Shown here in pieces: positions 49,805 to 62,997 of a DNA stretch of 64,000 bases (within the stretch, counting starts at the first letter, position 1; every line of letters starts with the position of its first letter). The translations under genes and the position numbers were made by a program. Origin of the DNA: Selaginella moellendorffii (Eukaryota; Plantae; Lycopodiophyta); contig NW_003314320.1 of assembly GCF_000143415.4 (NCBI RefSeq), positions 881,231 to 945,230 of the forward strand, given 5' to 3'. The notes below the pieces were generated by a model, which saw only the letters and a program-made list of their open reading frames with translations, searched no databases and was not told the origin of the DNA.

Positions 49805-52800
49805 TGTCAAGACCCCTGACAAGATCAAGACTGGAAAATGCAAAAAGACAAAGAGAAAAACTACTGTCAAAACCCCTGACAAGATCAAGACTGGAAAATG
49901 CAAAAAGACAAAGAGAAAAGCTACTGTCAAGACCCCTGACAAGATCAAGACTGGAAAATGCAAAAAGAGAAAGAGAAAAGCTAGTGGAAACAAAGGCTAT
50001 TATACAACTAGATGGACTCAGTCTGGACATAAGGTCACCGCGCTAGTCACCATGCCCCAGATATGTCTAGCCCCTGGACAAAAAACATATAATTTCACGT
50101 CATTTTCAAATACTTGAAAATTTGTACCTAGTCCCATTTTACTGAATAAATCCCACTTTAACGAAATAGAGCTTAGAAGAGGCCTTAGACTGGCGTTGAT
50201 TCAGATTGTGGAGAAATGGAACAAGGCTAACCTATATATACTATAGGTTGATGAAGCTCCACCACTCTTGGATCGAGGACGGCCTAAATATAGCTGAGGT
50301 CGAGGAGGCACCACATCATCATCAGGAATGTGGCTCGAGACTCAGGAATCGGGAAGTGTCTCGAGAGTCAGGAATAGGGAAGTGTCTCGAGAGTCAGGAA
50401 TGTGGTCTGCAGGTCAGGAATATGGTGAGAGTTAGGAATGTGGCAAGAATTGGGGGATTCCTGACAGCACCCCCTCCTCAAGAACAAGTGGAACAAGGAT
50501 GTGAATGAGAACGAAGAGGAGGATGAGATGAGCGGCGAGGGATGGGAGATGGAGAAAAAGAATGAGGACTGGGACGAGAAGGATAGCAGCGGTGGAAGTC
50601 CTAAACAAGGTCAGGAGAATGAATCAAGTTGTCCGCAAGTTCCCAAGTGCGTTCCTCAGGTCCGTAACCCTTCCAGTCCACCAGATAGTAGAGTTTAGAC
50701 CGTGAAATCTTGGAATCAAGGATGTCCTGAACCTCGTACTCATACCCATCCTCGAGCTGCACTGGTGGAGGCGGAGGAATGACCCGATTTGGAATAGGAC
50801 TGGGAATATAAGGCTCAAGGAGAGAGGAGTGAAAAACGGGGTGAATTTGATATGAGGAGGGAAGTGCAAGGCGATAAGTCACAGGATTAATGATGGCAAT
50901 GATAGGGAAAGGACCAAGGCATTTGAAATCGAGTTTTGGACAGGGCCTGGTGGTGGAGATATTTCGCCTGAGGAGCCAGACTTTATCCCCGATATTGTAA
51001 GGGGGACAATCCTGACGATGGACATTGGCAAATGTTTTATGAGATTCCTGAGCACGATGGAGGTGGAAGGAGATGGAGTTGTGGATTTCCTGGAGGTTGG
51101 AGATAAATGCCTCAGAGCGGGGATTTGAACGAGAGGATTCAGATGGAGAAGGAAGTGAGAGATTGAATCGGGGATTTCGGCCAGAGTTCGCAAAGAAGGG
51201 GAAAACTCGAAGAGAGGAGTGAACAAAGTTGTTATAGGAGAACTCAGCAAGGGGAAGGATATTGAACCAGTTATCCTGATGATAGTTGATGAAGCACTTC
51301 AGGAATTGTTCCAACGTCTGAATCGTTCGCTCGGACTGCCCATCAGTTTGAGGATGATATGCCGAAGAGAGGTTGGCCTTCACTCCAAGCAGCTGCAAAA
51401 CCCGTTGCCAGAAATGAGAGATGAATTGAGGCCCCCGATCCGAAACCACATCTGTAAGAATCCCATGAAGTCGGAAAATTTCCCTGAATACCAGTTTTGC
51501 CATGTCCTCGCCCGAAAACTCTTTGGTACATGGCAAGAAGTGCACCATCTTTGTGAAGCGATCCACCACGACTAAAATGCTGTTGAAGCCTCCAGAACTC
51601 GGAAGATCACTCAAGAAATCCATGGAGATGGATTCCCAAGGACCTGAAGGGACCGGAAGGGAACGAAGCAAACCTGAAGGAAGGTGGCGAGGTACCTTAT
51701 TCTGGGCACAAGTGTCACAGGAGGTAACAAAAGCTTTGATGTAGTCGTCCATGTGAGGCCACCAAAAGTCCTGTGCAACTAGCTCATAGGTTTTCGCAAT
51801 GCCGAAGTGACCAGCAGTCGAGCTATCGTGGCACGCCATCAGGACCAACCTTCGAGCATCACCTTCAGGAACGTAAAGCTGCTCCCCACGGTACAATAAG
51901 CCATCTAAGAACTCAAACTTGTCAAATCGCCGGCAAGCGGGAGTCACTGGGTGTCCAGCCTGAAGATGGGGGAAGATGTCACTAGCGAGATCATCAGATT
52001 GAAGATCGTTTCTGATTGCATCCATCAAGGAGGAGTCCTGAGGGGCCAGGGAAATTGCCATAACTTGAAGCCGATCAGGACCGAGGATAACTTGATCCTG
52101 TTGATCGAAGGCAGGATTACCAGGCCTGAGACTGAGATAGGAGCGCCTTGAAAGAGCATCAGGAAGGCCTTGAAACTTTCCAGGTCTGTACTTGATAACA
52201 AAGTCAAACCGACTCAGGAATTGTGCCCACCTTGCTTGACGACGGCTTAAAACTCGGGAAGTGGCAAAGTACTCGAGATTTTTGTGATCCGTCCAGACTG
52301 TTGTTTGATGGCTCGCCCCCTCCAAGAAACGATGCCACTCTCCAAAGGAATCCACGATGGCAAGGAGCTCCTTGTCGTGGATTTCGTAATTGATCTCCGC
52401 AGGCTGGAATTTCCAAGAATGGAAAGCGACCGGATGAAGTTCGTGATCCGCTCTGAGTTGAGACAGCACAGCACCAATGGCAAAGTTGGAGGCGTCAGCC
52501 TCGATGAAGAAAAGTTGTGAGGAATCAGCATGGATCAAGACAAGAGTAGAACTGAAAGCCACCTTGAGTGTGTCGAAGGCCTGCTGGGCAGCAGCAAACC
52601 AAGAGAAGGGAACATCCTTGCGAGTGAGATGTGTGAGAGGAAGGACAATGTCAAAGTAGTGATCAATGAATTTGCGGTAGAAGTTGGCGAAGCTAAGGAA
52701 AACCTGAACGTCCGACATTGATTGTGGAGGCTCCCATTCGAGAATAGTCTTGACTTTGGCAGGATCCATCATGATACCCTCAGGAGTGACAAAGTACCCA

Positions 52801-53443
52801 AGAAACTCCACAGACTGCTGATCAAAGGAACATTTCTCAAGCTTTGGATATAGGCCGTATTCTCGCAGCTTCGCTAGCACCTTGCGTACATGTTCGTCAT
52901 GCTCCTCCTGAGTTTTTGAGTAGATGAGGATGTCATTGAGGTAGACGATCACCATCTGATCAAGAAACTCCCGAAAGATGTCGTTCGCCATGTGTTGGAA
53001 AACTGCTGGAGCATTTGTCAAGCCAAATGGCATGACAGTGTACTCGAAGCATACAACCTGATCCGGATCCGGCCTCGTGATGAATGGAAGACTGCGTTCC
53101 GAACCCGCTATGGCCGGATCCGGATCAAGTTGTATGCTCCACAGAGGTCGATCTTGGTGAAGAAGCGGGCACCGCCGAGGCGTTCCAACAGGTCCGAGAT
53201 CAGGGGCAGCGGATAACGGTTCCGAACAGTCACCTTGTTCAAACCTCGGTAGTCGATGACTAGCCGCAAGCTCCCATCCTTCTTCTTGACAAAGAAGATA
53301 GGTGCTCCAGCCGGGGACTGTGAATGCTGAATGTAGCCCGAGGCAAGGTTCTCATCCACGTACTCTTTGAGGGCCTTAAGCTCGGACAGGGATAACCCGT
53401 AGATAGAGTTAGGAATGTGGCAAGAATTGGGGGATTCCTGACA
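49805..53443 (-). mobile_element. Internally deleted family A chromovirus (38-bp 5' LTR stub, RT-RH-IN-CHD, 3' LTR 49805-50466)
   Basis: TSD TGAGA at 49800-49804 and 53444-53448. The 810-aa ORF 50601-53033 has YLND in place of YLDD. Most of the 5' LTR, gag and PR are deleted. Confidence 0.92.
49998..50174 (+). mobile_element. 177-bp right-terminal fragment of the Sola-like transposon inside a family A LTR
   Basis: Near-identical to 11544-11719 and 37075-37250, with an intact TIR. Confidence 0.9.
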
Positions 53444-56400
53444 TGAGACTCCTCCAAGTGGTTGGAGGTGTGGTTAAGTGACTAAAGTAAAATGGAAAAA
53501 TTAGTCACTTACACACAATCTTTTGAGCCTCATTATTCTCATCAAGATAAGATAAGTCTTGCTCTACACCTTATGGACACTAAACGTCAAATATAGCAAC
53601 TGCCAATGGCATAGAATCCTCGTTTAGAAAATCCACAGATGCTGGAACAATAGGCTCATTAGAAACATCAAAAGAGAGCGAAGAAGGAAGAGGAACTCGA
53701 GAAAGAGCATTAGCATCAGCCATAGAACTCCCCGGGTAATGAACAACATCAAATATTTGAAGCTTCAAAACCCATCGAGCAGTATGCTTTTTCCACTTCA
53801 ATAATGAAGTAATGGTAGTAGGATCACCTTTTAGTAACGTCCAAGAACCATGTAGATATGCATGAAATTTCTCGAAACCCCAAACTATTGCTAAACACTT
53901 ATTCTCTATCGTTGAGTAGTTCACCTCTACTAATTATAATGTACGGCTGATATATGTAATAGGATGGTGTTGACCAGGCACACTCGGGCTCTCTTGCACT
54001 AACACACTTCCAAGATCAATATCAAAAACATCCACGTGCAAAATGAAATATTGAGTGTAGTCAGGATATGCCAAAACTAGAGGAGTCATTAATAGCCTTT
54101 TGAGATCCATGAATGCCTGCTCACAGTCCATAGACCAAATAAAAGACAACATTGATGACTTCAACAATGCTCGTAACAGTGCAATGTAATCAAAAAGATG
54201 ATCCACAAAATGACCAAGATATTGCACCTTGCCTAGGAAGTGCTGCACATTATTCATACACTTGGGAGTGGGAAACTTTAGAACAGTCACAAGTTTGTCA
54301 AAATCAACTTGCAAACCCTCACAAAAAATATAGTACCCAAAATAAGTTGTGTCCTTGGATCCAAACACGCACTTCGACTACTTTAGCTTTAAACCAATGT
54401 CCCGTAGCCAATCCAATAGTTTACAAACATCACAGATGTATTCTTCCCATGTCCCCTCCGAGTGGATCAAAATATCATCAATGAAGTTAGCAATCACCTC
54501 CGGCATATCGCAAAGAATCTCGTTTATCATCTGCTGGAAAGTCACTAAAGTATAGTTCAAACCAAATAGCATCACCAAGAACTCGTACAAACCAAATAGT
54601 GTACGAAAAGTAGTCTTAGGAATATCTTCTTTGGCCATCGGTACTTACCAGTACCCAAAAGCAAGATCTAACTTGGTGAACTAATGACTTCTTCTCAGAC
54701 GATCCAAGAAATCAACAGTGTGAAGAAGAGGGTACACATCTGGAATCGTCACTTTGTTTAACAGATGATAGTCGATGCAGAAACAAATACTCCCATTAGG
54801 CTTTATCACAAGATGAGGTTCATATACCCAAGGACTCCACAACTTTCAAATAACACGTTTTTCTAACATCTCTTTGACGTTTGTATGTAAAATTTTGATT
54901 TCTTTGGGTGACCAACAACGAATAAGAATCTTGATTGGACAAGCATCCCCAGTTGGAATCAGATGATATGTGGCAATCTTGGCTTCAAATGATAGGTTAA
55001 ATTCAAAGAGATCAGCATACTCCTTCATGAGCCGATCAACCGCTGCAATTCAAAGATTGTCAGAGGGATCGGAAAAAAAAAGATCAGAACAAGACAAAAA
55101 TATAGAAGGAAATAGTCGGGAGACAAAAGTAATTGAAGAAAAGGTAGAAGCAGAAAGACAAAAAAGTACGAAAATGAGAGGAATGGATGAAATATAAGAA
55201 AGTATGAGATAAGGGGGAGAAGCCTCAAAGTCATATTTGGCATGATTGCATTGCAACCAATCCATACCAACGTTGAGATCAAAAGTTTGACTCGGCACCA
55301 CCTGCAATAACTGCAACCCAAGCTTGAGATTTCCTACACGCACAACCAGATCCACCTCATCCTCATCCCGTACACATGCATAAAGAATGAAAACTGGTTC
55401 TGCCACACAACGCAAGTGTAGACGGCAATGTGTGGCAACAGGTTGAACAATAGAAGATAAACTCAAACCTATATCAACTAACACGGAGAGAATACTAGAA
55501 GAAGTCTTGTTATAAAAATGAATTTAGAAAGTAAACATTAAATGAATTGGTGCTGAGTGAACCCCTTAATGATATTCCCGAAAGAAATATGAAAGGGTCA
55601 CTAACTTATTTGCGTAAGGTCCCTCCATTACTCGTGCGACTCTTCATTTCCCGAATGCATCTTGGTGTCAAGACCTTTCACTGCAACAGCACCAATAGGA
55701 TGTTGTTGATGCCAAGGTCTCCACCCAGGAAATGGAGGTCGCCAATCTAGAAAATGCTGACAACGCTGATAAGTATGACCAACTTCATCACATGCCCAAC
55801 TGTGAACATCACAGCCATAGCCACGTCTTTGCCCTTGTCCTTGGACTCAAGCAGCAGTAGCATCAACCTCCATTGAAATAAGACCATTGCCCACAGAAAG
55901 TGGAGCGGAAGGATGTATAGCGAGAAGTGAAAGAGGCAACATCTTATAATATTATGCCAAGTGAAAAGCATCGTCAAGGGTGGCTGGAGTAAATGCATGC
56001 ACAAGTTCGATAAGATCTTGATGAAGTGCTGGCCACAACATTTCTAGCTTGATCCACTCAGACATATTTGGCTCCGTACAAAGCAAGAGGCTTTGGAAAC
56101 GATGCCAAATTGCATCACCGACTTACCCTTGACGAAGACAATACAATTGTTAGAAAACATCATCACAATCATCAGCATGTCTGAATGCACATTTGAAGAT
56201 GTTCGAGAGAACACTTCAATCCCCATAAGTGGCTACACTCAAACCATTGTACCATTAAAGCACCGTCCCTTGGAAACACGTGGGAAACTCATGCAAATGC
56301 CAAACATCATCCCAAGAATGATATGTAGCAATCATCGTGAAGTGATCGAACCACTGGTATATATCATCCCAGGATTCCCATAAAAGAACTTCAGCTGAAC

Positions 56401-56964
56401 GTGAAGATTGGCACCAAGAGCAAGAGGAGTTGTACCATGTGCCATGAATGCCACTATCAATTGAGTTTGGTTGTTCAATTGTAATCATATAGCATCAAGC
56501 AATTACACCAACTGCTGCTCCAGAGTCAAAGGAGGAAGAGACTATTGCTCTGCCATGAAGATGAATGAAAAGGAAAGAGCAAAAAAAGAGAGATAAAAAA
56601 AAAAACGAGAAGGAAAGGGAGATCTAGACAATGGAAAAGCTAGATCTAAATCAAAATTCTGAAAGGAAAGAACAAAAGAAAGGAAATAGAAAGAGCTAGA
56701 TCTAGACGATGCAAAAGCTAAATCTAAACCAAAATCCTAAATCCACCAAAATCCCAAATCTAATCACTCTTCAGAGACGATGAAAAGTGCCCCTTATTTT
56801 CACCATGGAATATTGAAAGGGAATACAAAAAATATACTATCAATTAGCCCAAAAACCCTAGCTTATATACAAAAGTGAGTGGTCTAGATTGAAACCAATC
56901 TGACAGTTACCAAAATTCCAGTATGCTAATATTAGTATATGGTATTGTAACCATACACTTGGTA

Positions 56965-57040
<76 letters not shown>

Positions 57041-58900
57041 TACCATGCCTAGATAATACACTAATTATAGTACTATAGCACATTTGAGACTAAATTTGAT
57101 CCATTTATTTTATATATAAATAGGTGGTCTAAACCCTAATTAATATACTTATTTCTATGCTGAAGATGAATATCATTGCAATTTATTCCTAGAGGCCAAA
57201 GCTAAAGCTTTTTGATAATGTATTACATTAATATTTAGGATTGTATTTTTGTTTTTATTCATTTTCTATTTTAGATCTAAATCTATATTAGCTTTTACTA
57301 GATATAAAAATTTAGCTATTGTTGTGGTTAGATTTGCTCTTCTTTTTGAGCTTTATTGTATCCCTTTCTTCTGCTATGCCACACTGACTTTAATTAAAGA
57401 GTATATCATTTAAGGTTATAGATGATATTTCATTGGATTGAGTTTTAGGTGCGATCATATTAGTGTTGTGCCCATCCTTAATATGTTATTGTATTTAGTT
57501 TGTGTGTCTTTTATTTCTAGTGTCTTACCATCTCTTGTTACTATCACATATGATCTTGATGTCAATTGAAAAGTTATAGATAATGTTTAAGGATCAAGTT
57601 TATAGAAAGACAATGTACGTCAGCTCAAGTGGGTTTTATATTGTGATCAGAAAGTTAATTGTTAAAAAGATAACTTTGGAGATGAGTGTCAATCCGTAGT
57701 GTCAATCCTTCAATCTACTATTTGATCCTTTCTTTTTTTAAAAATTTTTTTTCAGCCTGAATTACCCTCTTTTGTTCTTAGTATTTCTTTCTTATTTGCA
57801 ATATTTCCTTCTTCTAACACATCAATCATTTATGACTTTTATGATTTTCATTCTCTATTCAATATTGAGTTGATTATTTTTTGTCATTCTCAAAATGATC
57901 TAGAAGTTAAGAGTGGTTGAGAATTTTATTTTTATCACATTAACAGTTTTTTAAAATTATTTTTGGTGTTGAGTATTCCCCTTTTCTAAGAGTTTAGTCA
58001 ATTTTATCAGAGTTTTAAGTTTAAGTATATTTTTATATCATAAATGTTATTGAGAGCCTTTGTTTTACTATTGTTACAAAAGATTTTATATATTCCCTTG
58101 AGAGTATACACTTTTCTAATTTACACATTTCAAGTGTTAAGTTATGTGTTATGAGTAGTTTGAATTTTTTATTTATCTTATGGTGCTTAAAGTATTTTAT
58201 AACAATAGGTTCTTTATTTACCAAGTTTTAAGTATTTTTTTTTTCTATTGCTTTATTTCCATGTTAACTACTAAAAATTCTTCTTTTAATATTTTTTATC
58301 CATTTTTTTTTTCTTTGACAATGTTTCTTTGTTCCCTAACACTTTAAAGAAGAAAAGGTAAAGGAGATGGACAAGAGTTTGGCTCTAATAATGGAGTAAG
58401 GAGGAATATATATAGTAGTGGAATAGAGACAAACTACATAAATTGTAAAGTGAGGATAAGCATAGTGAGTTTGAATGAAACATTTAACCCAAACATACTG
58501 AGGCTAAATGGATATAATAGTGGAATGAGGTCGAAAATAAATAGAAAAGTAAGGATAAGTGCAATAATTCCAAACAAAACAAATGCTTTAAAACTTTTTT
58601 TTCTTTCCAAAAGATGATAAAAAGGATGTAAAGGATGAATGAAATGAGTCTAACCTACCATGTATAGAGTTGAATGTGCAAAGATCATGAGTCTGAGTTA
58701 ATATAGGTCTTAAATATTGATAGAAGAGAAAATAGAAAGGTAAACTTTAATCATTAGTTTGAGTTAATAGAGGATGCCTACCAGGTAAAAAGGTAGGTTT
58801 TATTATTTGCTTTAATAGCAATTCTTTTACTACAATAGCTCTTAAAACCTCTTTTTCTTTGGTTCAAAGTTATAGCTTTGAGCATTTGGCAATTGTATAT

Positions 58901-59574
58901 TGTAGCGCATCTTATCTCTCTCCCCTTAAGCCAACTAGAAAAGGGGCAATTGCTTAATAAAAGAGCCCTTAGTGGCTATTTTATCCCCATTTATCCCCCA
59001 AGGTTCCAAGGATCCACGGTAACAGTATATCCAAATCTCATCCCATAATCACATGCGCTACACTCACCCCCTTTTCAGAAATGTCAATGTCTTCATTGAC
59101 TATTGACTAACAACCCCAACTGAGCCAAGGGGAACTAGCACCTTCATTTTCGCACTCAATTTACCAATCCTTCCATTGTATAGACCAACTATTCTATGTG
59201 AAGCAACTAGTCATCCACCTGTACTGCAGTCCACGGTGGATACCTTCGTCCGTGGATATTCCACACAAGAGGAAGGACGTACGCATAGATGCCCAATACA
59301 TACGATTTCAAATTTAGGGGTAGGAATATACCTTGCTCAAGGGTATATTATATTTTTTAAGTAGCCACTAATCAATGGGAATCAAACCCGTGCCATTTTC
59401 TCTGATACCAACTGTAGCACACTTTATCTCTCTCCCCTTAAGCCAACTGGAAAAAGGGCAATTGCTTGATGAAAAAGCCCTTAGTGGCTATTTTATCCCC
59501 ATTTATCCCCCAAGGTTCCAAGGATCCACGGTGATAGTATATCCAAATCTCATCCCATGATCACATACGCTACA
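58901..59574 (-). mobile_element. TRIM (terminal-repeat retrotransposon in miniature), 674 bp
   Basis: 162-bp TGTAGC...GCTACA direct repeats at 58901-59062 and 59413-59574. PBS TGGTATCAGA on the minus strand at 59401-59410. PPT next to the other LTR. No ORF; TSD imperfect. Confidence 0.9.
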
Positions 59575-59751
59575 CTATATAAAGTTATAGTTGGTTTATC
59601 AAGATTCTATATTAACTATTTATGCCATGGATTTGTGCTTTGTTTCTATCATGGTTATTAGCAATTACATTAATGGTTTTATACGAGCTTCAGGCTTTTG
59701 TAGCTGTCTATAATTACCCAATGAAACTCTAAATATTTTATATGACTATGT

Positions 59752-59795
<44 letters not shown>

Positions 59796-61323
59796 GACAT
59801 TTGCCAAGTGTTAGTCTATTTTTAAAAACTTATTTATCAATTGTTTTATGCTTGTTCCTCAATACTTCTTTGAAATTTTCTTTCTTACTCTTAATTTTTT
59901 GCATTGAAGTTTTTGGTCAAAATATATTACACTTGTTGGACTTTAACTTCAACCACTATTAGGTGAATGGAACAGCTTAGGTATTTGTGTATTATTAGTG
60001 TATAAATAATAATACATCTTTTTCATATATAAAGTTATACATCTTTAGATTTTAATAGTAATATGATGAGTGATGTCCAGATTAAGGAATTTAGATGACG
60101 TATTTTTATATATAAAAAATTAAAAGAAAATATTGGTACTCTACTAGTATTCTATTTTGATAGAATATTTACCTTTCACTCTCATTTTTTTTATTGCTTA
60201 TTAAGTTGTAGCATTTATTGAAAATTATGAACTCTAAAAGGATGTTATAGAATAATGTTATTCTACTTTAAATTTACTATAATTAAATAATTTTTTATAT
60301 AGCATTGTGCCACATGTGCTATCTAAATAAAACTGCAAGTAAATTGTTTTCAAGATATTTATAAAATTGAAGACTGAGTTATTTTATCAGAAAAGGAATA
60401 AATTAGTAAATATGAATATTTAATATATTTATTTAAATTATAATCACTTTAGAGAATTTTTTTAAATGTGGGAATGATGATAAATTTATTACAATATCTT
60501 TTATACAAGTTAAAACTTTAATCAAAATGAGTAAACTTATATATTTGATTAACTTCTAAACAGTAATCTAAACTTTGTAATGTATGTATGATCCATTTTC
60601 ACACTGACCAAGCATGACAATGACGATATATTTTATTATTGATCTTTGAATTTCACAAAAAAAAACATGACACTTTATAAAATCTATTCTACATAAAGAA
60701 CTAATACTACATTTAAGAATGAATAACAATATTTCAATTAAATTGTAGAAAAGGTCTTCTTTTATGTGTGATTTATTTAGGTATTAAAGTATACAGCTAG
60801 ATGGTAAATATAAAGACTTTATGGATACATAATACTGAAGTAGTGGCAATGGTAGCTTTTTTTAATTAAGGTATGAGACTCTTGGCCATATTTATGTGTG
60901 AATTAATAAAACAATTAATCATAATATTTATCATAAACTCTTTACTTCATAAGGAGAGTATGCAATTGAGCTTCATGTATTTTCATTCCAAAGAAGACCA
61001 ATTTCAACACTATCCAGCAGAAATCTTCCAAGAGGCTTAATAATTATACACCTTATGGAAAACAATTTATAATTCTAAATATGAATATAGTTTATAACTG
61101 TTCTAGTATGGGCGTAAGCCCAAGCAAGGTCCACTCGGGTCTACCCATGGATCAAGCCCACCTTGACTGGATCTTAACCAGTGCTTGCTCGCAAATTTGC
61201 CTTTGCTTCCTTTTTATCCTCCAGCCGTCCCCTTGACGTGCCACTTATGTCCACGTCATCCACCACGTGTCCTACAGACTCTAACTATAAAAAAACAAAT
61301 CATAGAGAAACAGAGAGGAAAAA

Positions 61324-62825
61324 ATGGGCTCTCAAGGTCCTCACGTAGTTGCCATTCCATACGTAATGCCTGGGCATATCACTCCACTCCTCCATCTTTG
61401 CCAGCACTTGGCAGCGTCGGGGTGTCTCGTCACTCTCCTCAAGGCCCCCAAGAATTCACAGAGCTCTGGCGTCGAGAAGTGGGACAATGGCGTGCGAATC
61501 AGGTCGTGCCTCCCGCTCGAACCAACCAAGCCCAGGCCAGCAGTTCACAAGGACGATCATGGAGCGAGGTTGGAGGAGGTCCTTTGTTACTTCAATCGAT
61601 TCCAGGCTCTCAATGACGACGATTCGATGCTAGCCATCGCGGAGGAGCTCAGCCAGAGCTCCGGCGTCCCAATCTCTTGCGTGATCTCGGATGTTTACGT
61701 TGGATGGGCTCGCGATCTCGCCGCTCAGCTCGAGGTGCCGTGGATCGCGCTGTGGACGTCGACCGTGGCGGAGCTCCTCGTGTATCACCATATGCCACGT
61801 CTCATCGAGCGCGGCATCTTTCCATTCGCAGGTAAAAGCCCCTAGAAACTTTTCTCTGTCAAAATCTTCGACCTCTGTTTCGTTTTCCAGGCGATCCATC
61901 CGACGAGGAGTTCTCGATTCCTGGGCTTCCACCGCTGCTGCCAAAGAATTATCCCACTTTTGGGTTCATTCCATACGAGTCTCTCCACAAAGTCCTCCAC
62001 ACTTACAAGGAACTCGTTCACAAGATTCCCCAGGCTGACAGAGTGTTAGTGAATTCGATCGAGGGGATTGAAGAGCCAGCAGTCGATTCCCTGATCGGCA
62101 GCGGGATAAACATCAAGCCCATCGGGCCATTGCATCTCCTCTCCGACAAATTGGGCACCAGCGCCCCGCAAGGAGAAGATTGCAAAAAGGAGCCGAGCGC
62201 GATCATCCAGTGGCTGGGCGCGAGGCCAGATTCCAGTGTGATCTACGTCGCATTTGGCACTACGATGTCAGTAGCCAATGGGCAATTCGAGGAGCTCGCG
62301 TCGGCTCTGGAAGAATCGAGGCAGGAATTCGTGTGGGCAATTAGAGACTCGTCGTTAATTCCTCCCGGATTTCAGGAAAGAATGTCCAAACTAGATCAAG
62401 GGCTGGTAGTGTCCTGGGCGCCTCAGCTGGAGATTCTGGGACACAGATCTGTCGGTGGATTTCTCACTCACTGCGGCTGGAATTCCGTGGTGGAATCCAT
62501 GTCGTTTGGAATGCCCATGGTGGCTAGGCCCATTACCGGCGATCAAGTTCTTACGGCGAAGTTTGTGATCGACGAATGGGGCATTGGAGTTGGAGTGCGA
62601 GGGATTGAATTGGGGCGAGAGCTGGCGCGCAAGGATGATCTCAAGAACTCGATCAAAGCTCTTATGGAAGCCGACCCAAAAACTAGCGAGATTTGGAAGA
62701 ATGCCAGGCGCGTCAAAGAAGTGGTAAGAGCTGCCATGAAGAACAAAGGATCTTCACGGAATAATCTCGACTCTTTGGTTTGTGATTTACATGAGCGGGT
62801 AAAAGCTAAGCGTGTTTTTATCTAA
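61324..62825 (+). CDS. Family-1 UDP-glycosyltransferase, 480 aa, one intron (61832-61890)
   Basis: N-terminal PHVVAIPY..PGHITP, then CVISD, and the PSPG box WAPQLEILGHRSVGGFLTHCGWNS...GDQ. Exons join in frame. TATA box at ~61287. Confidence 0.95.
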
Positions 62826-62997
62826 GAAAATTTAAAGGCGGCCCATGCCCTAATTTTAGCAACCTTAAAACACTCTGTTAAAAAAGAGAGGGCGGGAATG
62901 GGAGCTAGGAGCCCTAATCCGCTTGACGATGGCGCGGAGGAGCGCGCAGCGGCGCTAGTGTGAGTTTCTTGTTGATATTTCGGCCTCTCCTCCATCC

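Larger units (their letters stand above)
48138..53513 (+). mobile_element. Family C solo LTR (48138-49804 + 53449-53513) split by a family A insertion
   Basis: Reverse complement of the 41782-43301 LTR type. Flanks CACAG and CACAA (4/5 TSD match). Confidence 0.85.
46603..56969 (-). mobile_element. Old, heavily decayed Ty3/Gypsy element (family D) with ~165-bp LTRs, interrupted by a nested insertion
   Basis: Diverged direct repeats at 46603-46767 and 56806-56969. Fragments TTFRTLFGLYEF...FIDDILI (RT), NYSTIENKCLAIVW (RH) and WKGPYQV (IN C-terminus). TGG-starting PBS-like site at ~56787-56805. Confidence 0.78.
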
